DNA of 18,210 bases from Isosphaeraceae bacterium (GTDB lineage: Bacteria; Planctomycetota; Planctomycetia; Isosphaerales; Isosphaeraceae). The notes beneath the pieces are model-generated. The model had not been told where the DNA came from, ran no database searches, and saw only the letters and a program-made list of their open reading frames with translations. The stretch spans positions 1 to 18,210 of the forward strand of contig JAJPJC010000335.1 of assembly GCA_021324445.1 (NCBI GenBank), in the 5' to 3' direction. A program made the position numbers and the translations under genes. Position 1 is the first letter of the stretch. The number at the start of each line of letters is the position of its first letter. This document shows positions 1-6,810 of this stretch, piece after piece.

Positions 1-340
1 CCAAACACAACTCGGCCTCGGACCACCGTGGGGACGCCCCGAGCTTACCGCGCGGCGGCTCTGTTTTCATCGGACGGGGTGCCGCGCAGCGGCATGACGG
101 CTCCTCTTGAAGGTGGCCTATTGCGGGGTCGCGTTCTGGTACTGGTTCACGGCCGGCATTCCCGGCTTATGGAAGCCGTTTGCCGTGGCTGACCTCGTGA
201 TGGCGGTCCGCTTCGTGTTATCCTATCGGATGCTGGAGGCGCGGACCGGCGGGGCCGTGGTGAGGTCCTCGATGGGATCCTGAGCTCCGGCGACACGACC
301 GCGGACCCTCTTCCCGCATGGCACTGGCAGGGCGAATCTC

Positions 341-856
341 ATGGACCCCGCGCGCAGTGAACCGCCGGTGGAAACCCGCGCTGCTCCCCAAACGGAGGCC
401 GCTCCGGGGGCCGAACCAGCCGCCCCGGCGGCGCCGGAGCCGGCCCCGGCGGGGGTGGTCTTGGGCCGCGACTTGATCTTCACAGCCAAGGTGCGCGGCA
501 CGGCGGCCGAGCTGGGCTACCGGATGCTGGTGGCCAGCGAGATTGGCATGGCCCGGATGCGCATACAGAAATGCCGGCCGCGGGTGGTCTTCATCGACCT
601 GACGGCGCACGACCTGGCCGCCCCGGCGGCCCTGGCCGCCTACCGGCAGGCCACGGGTCCCGACACATGGTTCGTCGCTGTCGGACCGCATGTCCAGGCC
701 GATGTCCTGGAAGCGGCCAGGACGGCCGGCTGCCAGGTGGTCTTGCCCCGCAGCAAATTCGCCGCCGAATTGCCCGCCCTGATGCGGCACTATTTCAGCC
801 AGCCACCAGGAGAGAGTCGTCAGTCGTCCGGGGTCGGAGGTCAGGAAGAATCGTGA
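341..856 (+). CDS. CheY-like receiver (REC) domain protein, possibly atypical; Pro/Ala-rich N-terminal extension
   Basis: Seen: the ORF has high GC3. The core VVLGRDLIF...VVFIDLTAHDL...FVAVGPH...VVLPRSKF...LMRHYF matches the spacing of the CheY beta1/D57/T87/K109 elements. The phospho-acceptor Asp (FIDLT) is present. The first acidic-pocket position is RD, not DD, and the T87 position is Gly. The start is uncertain: the PA-rich first ~40 aa may not be translated, and an alternative GTG lies near 455. Confidence 0.55.
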   Translation: MDPARSEPPVETRAAPQTEAAPGAEPAAPAAPEPAPAGVVLGRDLIFTAKVRGTAAELGYRMLVASEIGMARMRIQKCRPRVVFIDLTAHDLAAPAALAAYRQATGPDTWFVAVGPHVQADVLEAARTAGCQVVLPRSKFAAELPALMRHYFSQPPGESRQSSGVGGQEES

Positions 857-920
857 CCAAAGAACGGCCCTGTCATGGTCTAGGTCTGTTCTGACCACGG
901 CCCACGGCCCACTGCGCAGA

Positions 921-1412
921 TCAGGCGGGGCTTTGCGAACGGGAGCGACCGCGGCGGATCGGCTCGATCTCCCGCGCCGGGGCATAGTTGGACGGGTCCC
1001 CCGCAGCAGGCGGGGGGATAATCGGCAGGAGCCGGAACGACTCCTCGACGATCCGGGCGACGCCTTCGGCCAGCGGCGAGCCGAGGAGCACGCGGAACTT
1101 CTCCATCAGTTCTTCGGCGCGGTCAGCGCTGGGAACGCGTCCCAGGGCCACCGGGGGCAGGGCCGGGGCCGTCGCCTCGGAGGGTTCTCCCACCGATCCT
1201 CCGGTCGACAGCGGCGTGATGTCCAGAAGAGCCTCCAGCGGCACCCCCAAGGCCCGGGAAATCCGCCTCAAGGTCCCGGCCTGGGGCTTGCTCGTATTGC
1301 CCCGCTCGATCTGGTACAAAGCTGTCCGGGAAATCTTGGCACGACTCGCCAACTCATCCGGGCCCCAACCCTTCGCATAACGAAGGTCCCGGATCCGTTT
1401 CGATAACTCCAT
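921..1412 (-). CDS. XRE-family helix-turn-helix transcriptional regulator with ~90-aa C-terminal extension
   Basis: Seen: N-terminus MELSKRIRDLRYAKGWGPDELASRAKISRTALYQIERGNTSKPQAGTLRRISRALGVPLEALL is the canonical XRE/Cro-C1 HTH signature (Q-x-E-x-G, L-x-x-I-A-x-A-L). It is convergent with the REC gene; its upstream region is the low-GC island. Confidence 0.8.
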   Translation of the reverse strand: MELSKRIRDLRYAKGWGPDELASRAKISRTALYQIERGNTSKPQAGTLRRISRALGVPLEALLDITPLSTGGSVGEPSEATAPALPPVALGRVPSADRAEELMEKFRVLLGSPLAEGVARIVEESFRLLPIIPPPAAGDPSNYAPAREIEPIRRGRSRSQSPA

Positions 1413-2500
1413 CGCTGACCTCGCTTCTTCTCGATGCGGATGGCCGATCGAAAGCGACTCTCAATTTCGCGGTACCATCCCACTCACGCTGTCTCTTCGT
1501 CGTCCTGACCCGTCCCGCCGGGGATGTGAGCCTCGAATCGAAGACCCGCAGACCCCCCTCGCCCCTCCGCCGATTCGCGGGAGAACCGAACCCAACCAAG
1601 ATGGTTTTCGAATTACATCGAGAACTCCCGACGAAAAATGATCGGAAACCGCGACCTCTTGGACCCGGTCGCCGAGAACTCGGGAAAAACCTCACGGTCC
1701 GCATTTTGAAGAGAATCCGAGAAAAATCGACCAAAATCGGACCGATCCAGGAGCTTTGGTGGTTACCAACGGCGAAGGTTTACAATTCTATTGTTAGCAA
1801 AAGCCTTCAGACTGTCAAGTTACGACGGAACCCAAGGGTTGTGATACCGCATCGAGAATTCCGACCTCCCGGCCGATCATGCTGATCCCACCCGCGACTC
1901 CGCGCCTCACCCCTCCGATCCACCTCGACCGTTGAACTGCACCCGATCATGCACTCGATGTAAACCTGTTTGCAGCGCGACCACCTGGATGCGGGGAAGC
2001 CGGCTCTGGGAAAAACGCGGGCCGGACTTAAAAAAGAAGCTATCAGCCAGATTATGCGGCACAACCTCCCACACCTGCCGAACGTCACAGCACAGGTGCA
2101 TGCAATCAACTATGCATAGAATTGACATCATCTCGGAAAAAAATGCGCATGGCCGAGCGACTCTCTTGCGGTGGGCTCTCCACCGACTATACTCATAGCC
2201 TGAGTTCATCCGCTGGTGATTGGATCGTCCCTTGGCCGATTGCACAGATCCCTGATACCGCTCAGGGCTCGACCCGCAGCGGCGACTCGGATTCGGTTCC
2301 CAGACCCCTCACGGGTGCCGTCGGCGCAATCCTGGGTCGACCCACGATTGCATGGATTAGCCGTAAGCAGGGATGGTCGATGAGGGGAGATCGTAGCTGA
2401 TCCTCAGCACAGGACCTGATTGGTTATCGGAAATGAGGGTTGGACCTCCAGCCTCAGGGCGGACGAGTGAATTCGTCACCCGCAGGGACGGTGGCGGCGC
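1413..2500. other. ~1.1 kb low-GC non-coding island (no ORF with host codon signature)
   Basis: Seen: a hand count of a 60-nt sample (1601-1660) gives ~47% GC, against ~70% in flanking genes. A-runs (gaaaaatga, ggaaaaaaatg, ttaaaaaagaag) occur nowhere else in the window. All ORFs in the track here are Arg/Cys-rich with poor GC3. A TTGACA hexamer lies at 2123-2128 and a TAGAAT at 2117-2122. Confidence 0.5.
1581..1861 (+). repeat. Five direct copies of GAGAAYYC(S) motif (iteron/operator-like array); two copies extended to ATCGAGAAYTCCGAC
   Basis: Seen: GAGAACCG at 1581, GAGAACTC at 1620, GAGAACTC at 1674, GAGAATCC at 1711 and GAGAATTC at 1854. All are on the same strand, spaced 39/54/37/143 bp, each followed by an A-run or GATC. 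The extended 12-mers ATCGAGAACTCC (1616) and ATCGAGAATTCC (1851) are quasi-palindromic. A 7-bp inverted repeat CGAATCG (1533-1539) / CGATTCG (1570-1576) lies just 5' of the array. Confidence 0.45.
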
Positions 2501-2530
2501 GGATCGCTCGTGGACTTTCAGGGAGAAGCG

Positions 2531-3145
2531 ATGAAGCAGTCCCAAGATTTCCCGCAGGCTGACTCGACGCAGACCTACCCTCGTGGGCGGATGCACCAGC
2601 GGGTCGTCCCTGCCTATCGGGTCGGTGAGCTGTTCCATCCGGACCACCGCCTGTGGCCGGAGGGGGCCCAATTCAACTGCGGTCCGGGGCATTACGAGCT
2701 GGTGTTGTTCCATGCCGAGATCGGCGCGGATCTGGTGGAGGCCGTCCGCCGCGGCCCGGCCGAGTTCGCGCTGATCGTGGAACCCCAGGTGATCGTGCTG
2801 GCGTATCGCTTCGGGGAGTTGATCCCCTGGCAGGACATCCCGTACTCGTGGCACTTGCAGCCGGCAGCGCGGCAAGTGATCCCCTCCGTGGTGCCCTCGT
2901 CCGAGGCCCGGTCCTTGCTCTGGATCACGATGGTCGGAGCCCGGGATGGGATCATCCACGCCCAGCGGGGAATGACCTTGTCTCCCTCGTTCACCCGCAC
3001 GCTCCACACCGCCATCCGGGATCAGGCCGCGCGGAGTTTCGATCCGGAGGAATGTACCGGGGCGATCTCGAGCATCTACCTGGAATATCCCCACACGGTC
3101 GACCGCCTCTCGATTGCCGCGGCGCGGACCATGGGCAATGCCTGA
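2531..3145 (+). CDS. hypothetical protein (204 aa), no recognised domain
   Basis: Seen: uniform high GC3. A Shine-Dalgarno GGGAGAAG sits 6 nt before ATG 2531 (the track ORF begins at 2510; the internal ATG with the SD is preferred). There is no signal peptide and no motif I can assign. The stop is TGA at 3143-3145. Confidence 0.6.
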   Translation: MKQSQDFPQADSTQTYPRGRMHQRVVPAYRVGELFHPDHRLWPEGAQFNCGPGHYELVLFHAEIGADLVEAVRRGPAEFALIVEPQVIVLAYRFGELIPWQDIPYSWHLQPAARQVIPSVVPSSEARSLLWITMVGARDGIIHAQRGMTLSPSFTRTLHTAIRDQAARSFDPEECTGAISSIYLEYPHTVDRLSIAAARTMGNA

Positions 3146-3147
3146 GC

Positions 3148-3272
3148 GAGTACGCAGGACGCAGGACGCAATGAAGACTTGAGCTCATGCCGACCGGCTC
3201 TTGAGCATTCCTACCAAGGACCTTGTGGCTTCCCCCAACGGCGTATTGCCTACTGCGTACTGCGTCCTGCCG
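3148..3272. repeat. Inverted pair of tandem-heptamer motif (K-ACGCAG)n flanking a 67-bp spacer between convergent stops
   Basis: Seen: 3148-3180 reads gagTACGCAGGACGCAGGACGCAAtgaagactt. The reverse complement of 3246-3272 reads cgGCAGGACGCAGTACGCAGTAGGCAA. The left copy begins 3 nt after the TGA of 2531..3145. The right copy overlaps the last 7 codons and the TAG of the GT4 gene. Confidence 0.55.
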
Positions 3273-4437
3273 TGAGGCCATAGCCGAGCACCCCGGCCCA
3301 GAGTCGCTCGTAGGCCGCGACGGTGCTCTCGATCGAGAATTCGCGCTCGACGCGAAGGCGGGCCGCCGCGCCGTAGCGGCGGCAGCGCTCGGGGTCATCC
3401 ACCGCTTCGAGGAGGGCCTGGCTGAGCGCGGCGGGGTCGCGGGGTGGGACGAGCCAGCCGGTCTGGCCGGGAACGACCAGGTCCTCGGTTCCCTCGACGG
3501 CCGTGGCGACGACGGGCCGTCGTGCGGCCATGGCCTCGAGCACGACGTTGGGCATGCCTTCCCAGTGCGAGGCGAGCACCAGCAGGTCGGACGCCTTGAG
3601 CAGGCCGGGCATGTCCGCCCGCGGGCCCAGCCAGTGGACCCGGTCGCGCAGGGTGGGCCGGTGCTGGAGCTGCTCCCGCAGCCAGCCGCGCTGGGGACCG
3701 TCGCCGGCCATCACCAGGTGCCATCCGGGGCGGCGGGCGATCACCCGCTCGGCGGCCTCCAGCAGGTCGGGCAGTCCTTTCTGCGGATCGAGCCGGCCGG
3801 CGTAGAGGACCAGGTGTGCGTCGACCGGAACACCGATGGCCGCGCGCGGGACCGGCTCCGCGAGATCATACGGCGCGGGGTCGATCCCATTCGGGATCAC
3901 GGTCAGCCGCGCCGGGTCGAGCCCGGCGACATCCCGGCTGAAGTTCCGCACCCCCTGGGAGACGCAGACCGATCCGGTCGACAGCCGCGCCGTCAGGCGA
4001 TCCAGGACCCGGTGCCAGCGCTTCTGACGCTCGGCGACCCGCAAGCCGCCCAGGACCCACGGCCGGCCCGCCCAGGGCGCCGCCAGCCGCGACGCCAGGT
4101 TGGCGTGGAACAGGAAGCTCTGGACCAGCTCCGGGTCGAACCGCCGCAACCGGACCGCCAGCCGCGCAATGGCCGCCATGGGGTTCCTCCGGCCGACGCC
4201 CAGGCATTCGCAGGGAATGCCGGCACTGCGGATGACCGCGGCCAGGGCGCCCGGACCCCCCAGGCAGAAGACACCCGGGCGCCATCGCGCCGGATCCAGC
4301 CGGGTTGCCAGCGCGGTCAAGGCCCGCTCGGCACCCCCGACATCCAGATCGGTGATCACCAGCGCCAGGCCGACCGGACGGCCCGGCCAGGGACGAGAGG
4401 GAGCCGCGGCCAGGCGTTCGCGGAGGCTCGGTTGCAC
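3250..4437 (-). CDS. GT4-family (GT-B fold) glycosyltransferase
   Basis: Seen: the N-terminal sugar-donor region LALVITDLDVGGAERAL, plus the C-terminal conserved region EGMPNVVLEAMAARRPVVATAVEGTEDLV (an E-x7-E-like motif) and YAGRLDPQKG, match GT4 hallmarks. Confidence 0.85.
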   Translation of the reverse strand: MQPSLRERLAAAPSRPWPGRPVGLALVITDLDVGGAERALTALATRLDPARWRPGVFCLGGPGALAAVIRSAGIPCECLGVGRRNPMAAIARLAVRLRRFDPELVQSFLFHANLASRLAAPWAGRPWVLGGLRVAERQKRWHRVLDRLTARLSTGSVCVSQGVRNFSRDVAGLDPARLTVIPNGIDPAPYDLAEPVPRAAIGVPVDAHLVLYAGRLDPQKGLPDLLEAAERVIARRPGWHLVMAGDGPQRGWLREQLQHRPTLRDRVHWLGPRADMPGLLKASDLLVLASHWEGMPNVVLEAMAARRPVVATAVEGTEDLVVPGQTGWLVPPRDPAALSQALLEAVDDPERCRRYGAAARLRVEREFSIESTVAAYERLWAGVLGYGLTAGRSTQ

Positions 4438-4754
4438 GGAAGTATCGCGCAGGCGTCTGGCCTACCCTCCTTCATGGCATGTGGTGAACCTCCCAGAGAG
4501 CTTTCACCCGGCAATCCCATTATGCACCGGTCCGGTGCTTGGTACGCATTCCACGACCGGACCTCGGGTCGGAGTGGATTCGCCGACGGGAATCGTCTCT
4601 TGAGATTCGCGCCCCGTCCTTGGAAATCGCGGTGGCGGTGTGCGATGTAATCGGAGACTCGAGGCCCGTGATTGACCTGGCGACGGTCTGGGGCAGGGGC
4701 AACCACATTCAACTCCACTGTGAACGGCTACCCCGGGCCGAGGCCCGGCGGCCC

Positions 4755-4800
4755 AGACCGAAGGGGGCGGCACGATGCCGCCCGGTCTTTCCCCTTCGGG
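4755..4800. other. GC-rich nested stem-loop (possible U-tract-less terminator or structured RNA element)
   Basis: Seen: outer 9-bp stem CCGAAGGGG (4758-4766) / CCCCTTCGG (4791-4799). It encloses an inner hairpin GCGGCA-CGA-TGCCGC (4767-4781). An alternative outer pairing is AGACCG (4755-4760) / CGGTCT (4783-4788). It lies in the 546-bp gap between the stop of the secreted-protein gene (4984) and the GT4 start (4437). No U/A tract flanks it on either strand. Confidence 0.4.
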
Positions 4801-4983
4801 ATTGGCACGGCGGCGGCAAATCGACCCGATCTGTTCTGGTGTCCACTCCACTTTATCTCCCGACCCCGATTTCTCCATTTCACACTGAACCAGCACACGT
4901 TCAGCGCGCTCGAGATGGGGATGAACACCAGCAGCCAGTTCAGCTTCATCGTTGCTCGCGTCCAAACCCCGCGCCGCCTCGCC

Positions 4984-6810
4984 TCACCTGGAGAAGCTCA
5001 GTCCCGGGTCGTCGGGGCCGTCGCCGGCCACCCGGAACGTCATGTGTTCGGCGTCCTTCCAGCTCAGGCGACCGACCAGCGGGGGGCCCTTGTCCTGGAC
5101 CAGAGTCAAGATGCCCGCCCCGTAGGTCGAGGTCCCGGTGAAGTGCTGCGCCTTGCCTTTCTGGTTGACCTGCCAGGTGAACTGGCCCCCGGGCTGGATG
5201 GTCAAGCCGATCTCGGTGTCCGCGGTCGGATGAGCCTTCCAGGTCCCGGCCATCGACGCGCCCTGGGGCGGGGTCGTGTCGACCGGGGCAGGCTCGGGAG
5301 CGGTGGCCGTCGTGGTCTGGTCCTTGGGCACATCGAGCTGGCGGAGCAACTTCGCCGACAGCGTATCGCTGGGCATCAGCGCCACCACCTGCTTGAGCAC
5401 GCTCACGGCCGCATCGATGTAGCCTTCGGTCAGGTAGTGGTAGCTGAGAACGAACCGGGCCGCGGCCGAGTTGGGGTTGGCCGCGCAAGAGTCTTCCAGC
5501 GCGCGGAGCTGCGCGGTGTAGACGTTGACGTCGGGGTAGAGGCTCACCAGCGTCGGCCAGTCCCAGCCGGGTCCGATCGAGAGCACGGCATAAAGGGTTG
5601 CGGCCGCGGCCTCATACTGCTTCAGGGCGAACTGGCAGAGCGCACGGAACTCGTGCAGGGCCGTGTCGTTGGGCAGCTTGGCCAGGGCGTCGTTGGCCTG
5701 CGCCAGGGCCTGCGTGTAGTTGCCTTGCTTGAACGAATCCCGCGCGGCGTCGAATGTGGCGATCGCGGGGTCGGCGACCGCATCGCCCGCGGGCGCAGTG
5801 GTGGTGTCGATCGGCTGCGCGTAGTCGTAGGGCACGGCAGCCGCGGATTGATCGACGAAGGCCACCGGGGCGGCGTAGTAGGGGTTGGAGTACGGCAGGT
5901 AGCCCATCCCATACAGCGCCGACCCGTAGCCCCAGGACGCCAGGCCGTAACCCAGGCCCATCCCCAGGCCCAGGCCCATCCCCCAGCCCCAGCCGCCCCA
6001 GTAGGGTCCACGCCAGGCCCAGGCGGCGTTGTTGTGTCCGTTCCAGTAGCCGTGGACCCAGCCGGCGTGATAGGCCCCGTAGGCGTTGTTCCCGTAGGCG
6101 CGATACCCGGCGGCGCCGCCGCGAGATCCGACGGCCGCTCCCCCGGCACCGACCGCCGCGCGGCCGCGCTCGCCGCCGGCGACGACGCCCCCGGGACCGG
6201 CTGCGAATCCACCGCGCGAGCCCGCGACGGCGGTCCCGCGCGGTCCGGCGGCGGCGGCCACGTTCGAGCGACCACCCACCGCGTTTCCAGCCGGCCCCAC
6301 GGCACCCCCGGCCCGGCCCACGTCCGTGAAGGTCCGCCCACCCGCCGTCGTCACCTGGGCCCCGGCGACCCCGCGACCGGCCATCCCGCCGCCGGGTCCG
6401 ACCACTCCACGCCCCGCGGCGCCGTAATCGATCGTCCCGCCCCGTGCGGTGGTGTCGGAGCCGGTCCGCGCTCCCGTGGCCATGCCGCCGCCGGCGTACG
6501 GGTTATATCCCCGAAACTCGCCACCCCCCCGATCGAACGTCCCGGCCGAGCTGAAGGAGGGCGTCCGGCCGAACGAGGAGGCGCCGCCGTAACCGCCGCG
6601 AAAGCCCTCGGCGCCGCCGGAGCGCATGCCGCCCATCTCGCCCCCGCGGAAGCCGCCCATCTCGCCCCCGCGGAAGCCCCCAGAACCGCCGGCTCGGACG
6701 CCGCCGCCGCCACGGAAGCCGCCTCCGCCAAACCCGCGCGCCAGGGCCGACCCACCGGAGAGAGCCACCGTCAGGCACGTCAAGACAAGGATCGTCCAGT
6801 TGCGAGTCAT
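4984..6810 (-). CDS. secreted protein: signal peptide, ~280-aa Gly/Arg/Ala low-complexity region with FRGG/RGG repeats and a Trp/Tyr/Gly-rich segment, TPR-like helical region, C-terminal beta-rich domain
   Basis: Seen: MTRNWTILVLTCLTVALSGGSALA signal peptide. Repeats GGFRGGEMGGFRGGEMGGMRSGG. The segment YWNGHNNAAWAWRGPYWGGWGWGMGLGLGMGLGYG. A TPR-like region QGNYTQALAQANDALAKLPNDTALHEFRALCQFALKQYEAAAATLYAVLSI...LSYHYLTEGYIDAAVSVLKQVVALMP. A C-terminal domain GTWKAHP...FTWQV...LTLVQDKG. The ATG at 6808-6810 overlaps the TGA of the upstream gene (ATGA). Confidence 0.8.
   Translation of the reverse strand: MTRNWTILVLTCLTVALSGGSALARGFGGGGFRGGGGVRAGGSGGFRGGEMGGFRGGEMGGMRSGGAEGFRGGYGGASSFGRTPSFSSAGTFDRGGGEFRGYNPYAGGGMATGARTGSDTTARGGTIDYGAAGRGVVGPGGGMAGRGVAGAQVTTAGGRTFTDVGRAGGAVGPAGNAVGGRSNVAAAAGPRGTAVAGSRGGFAAGPGGVVAGGERGRAAVGAGGAAVGSRGGAAGYRAYGNNAYGAYHAGWVHGYWNGHNNAAWAWRGPYWGGWGWGMGLGLGMGLGYGLASWGYGSALYGMGYLPYSNPYYAAPVAFVDQSAAAVPYDYAQPIDTTTAPAGDAVADPAIATFDAARDSFKQGNYTQALAQANDALAKLPNDTALHEFRALCQFALKQYEAAAATLYAVLSIGPGWDWPTLVSLYPDVNVYTAQLRALEDSCAANPNSAAARFVLSYHYLTEGYIDAAVSVLKQVVALMPSDTLSAKLLRQLDVPKDQTTTATAPEPAPVDTTPPQGASMAGTWKAHPTADTEIGLTIQPGGQFTWQVNQKGKAQHFTGTSTYGAGILTLVQDKGPPLVGRLSWKDAEHMTFRVAGDGPDDPGLSFSR
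6628..6675 (-). repeat. perfect 24-bp tandem repeat x2 (encodes EMGGFRGG x2) plus a degenerate third copy upstream
   Basis: Seen: GCCGCCCATCTCGCCCCCGCGGAA at 6628-6651 and again at 6652-6675, in frame within the low-complexity region. Confidence 0.7.

Noticed and set aside
1-192. Possible 3' end of an upstream plus-strand gene (frame 1 open to TGA at 190-192)
   Set aside because: There are only 63 codons with no recognisable motif and moderate GC3. I cannot tell a real C-terminus from a chance open frame at the window edge.
857-920. Weak hairpin TGGTC-N12-GACCA between convergent REC and XRE genes
   Set aside because: It has only a 5-bp stem with a 12-nt loop and no U-tract. That is too weak to call a terminator.
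218-985. 255-aa minus-strand ORF and nested 223..501 ORF
   Set aside because: It overlaps the REC-domain gene on the opposite strand and runs into the XRE gene. Its Arg/Gly/Pro-rich composition marks it as a shadow frame.
1596-1620. tRNA-like TψC-arm resemblance (ggttttcgaatt)
   Set aside because: It does not match GGTTCGAAT exactly. No acceptor-stem complement or anticodon-arm structure can be built around it.
1577-1880. Possibility that the GAGAAYYC repeats are a CRISPR array
   Set aside because: The units are only 8-12 nt, degenerate, irregularly spaced (37-143 bp) and lack fixed-length repeat/spacer alternation.
1526-2400. Several 88-119-aa ORFs inside the low-GC island (1526..1885, 1907..2245, 1932..2198, 2122..2400)
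   Set aside because: They are Arg/Cys/Ser-rich with poor GC3, overlap each other on both strands and lack an SD. The region is treated as non-coding.
4728-4949. 73-aa minus-strand ORF starting MKLNWLLVFIPISSALNV (signal-peptide-like) in the 546-bp gap
   Set aside because: After the hydrophobic start the sequence becomes Arg/Gly-rich junk (RNRGREIKWSGHQNRSGRF). It sits in a locally lower-GC stretch without an SD and is probably fortuitous. It is worth a look only if ribosome profiling shows translation.
5622-6341. 239-aa and 191-aa ORFs (5622..6341 -, 5754..6329 +) and 6351..6755 / 6626..6898
   Set aside because: They are alternate frames of the Gly/Arg-rich low-complexity stretch of the secreted-protein gene, left open by repetitive GC-rich sequence.
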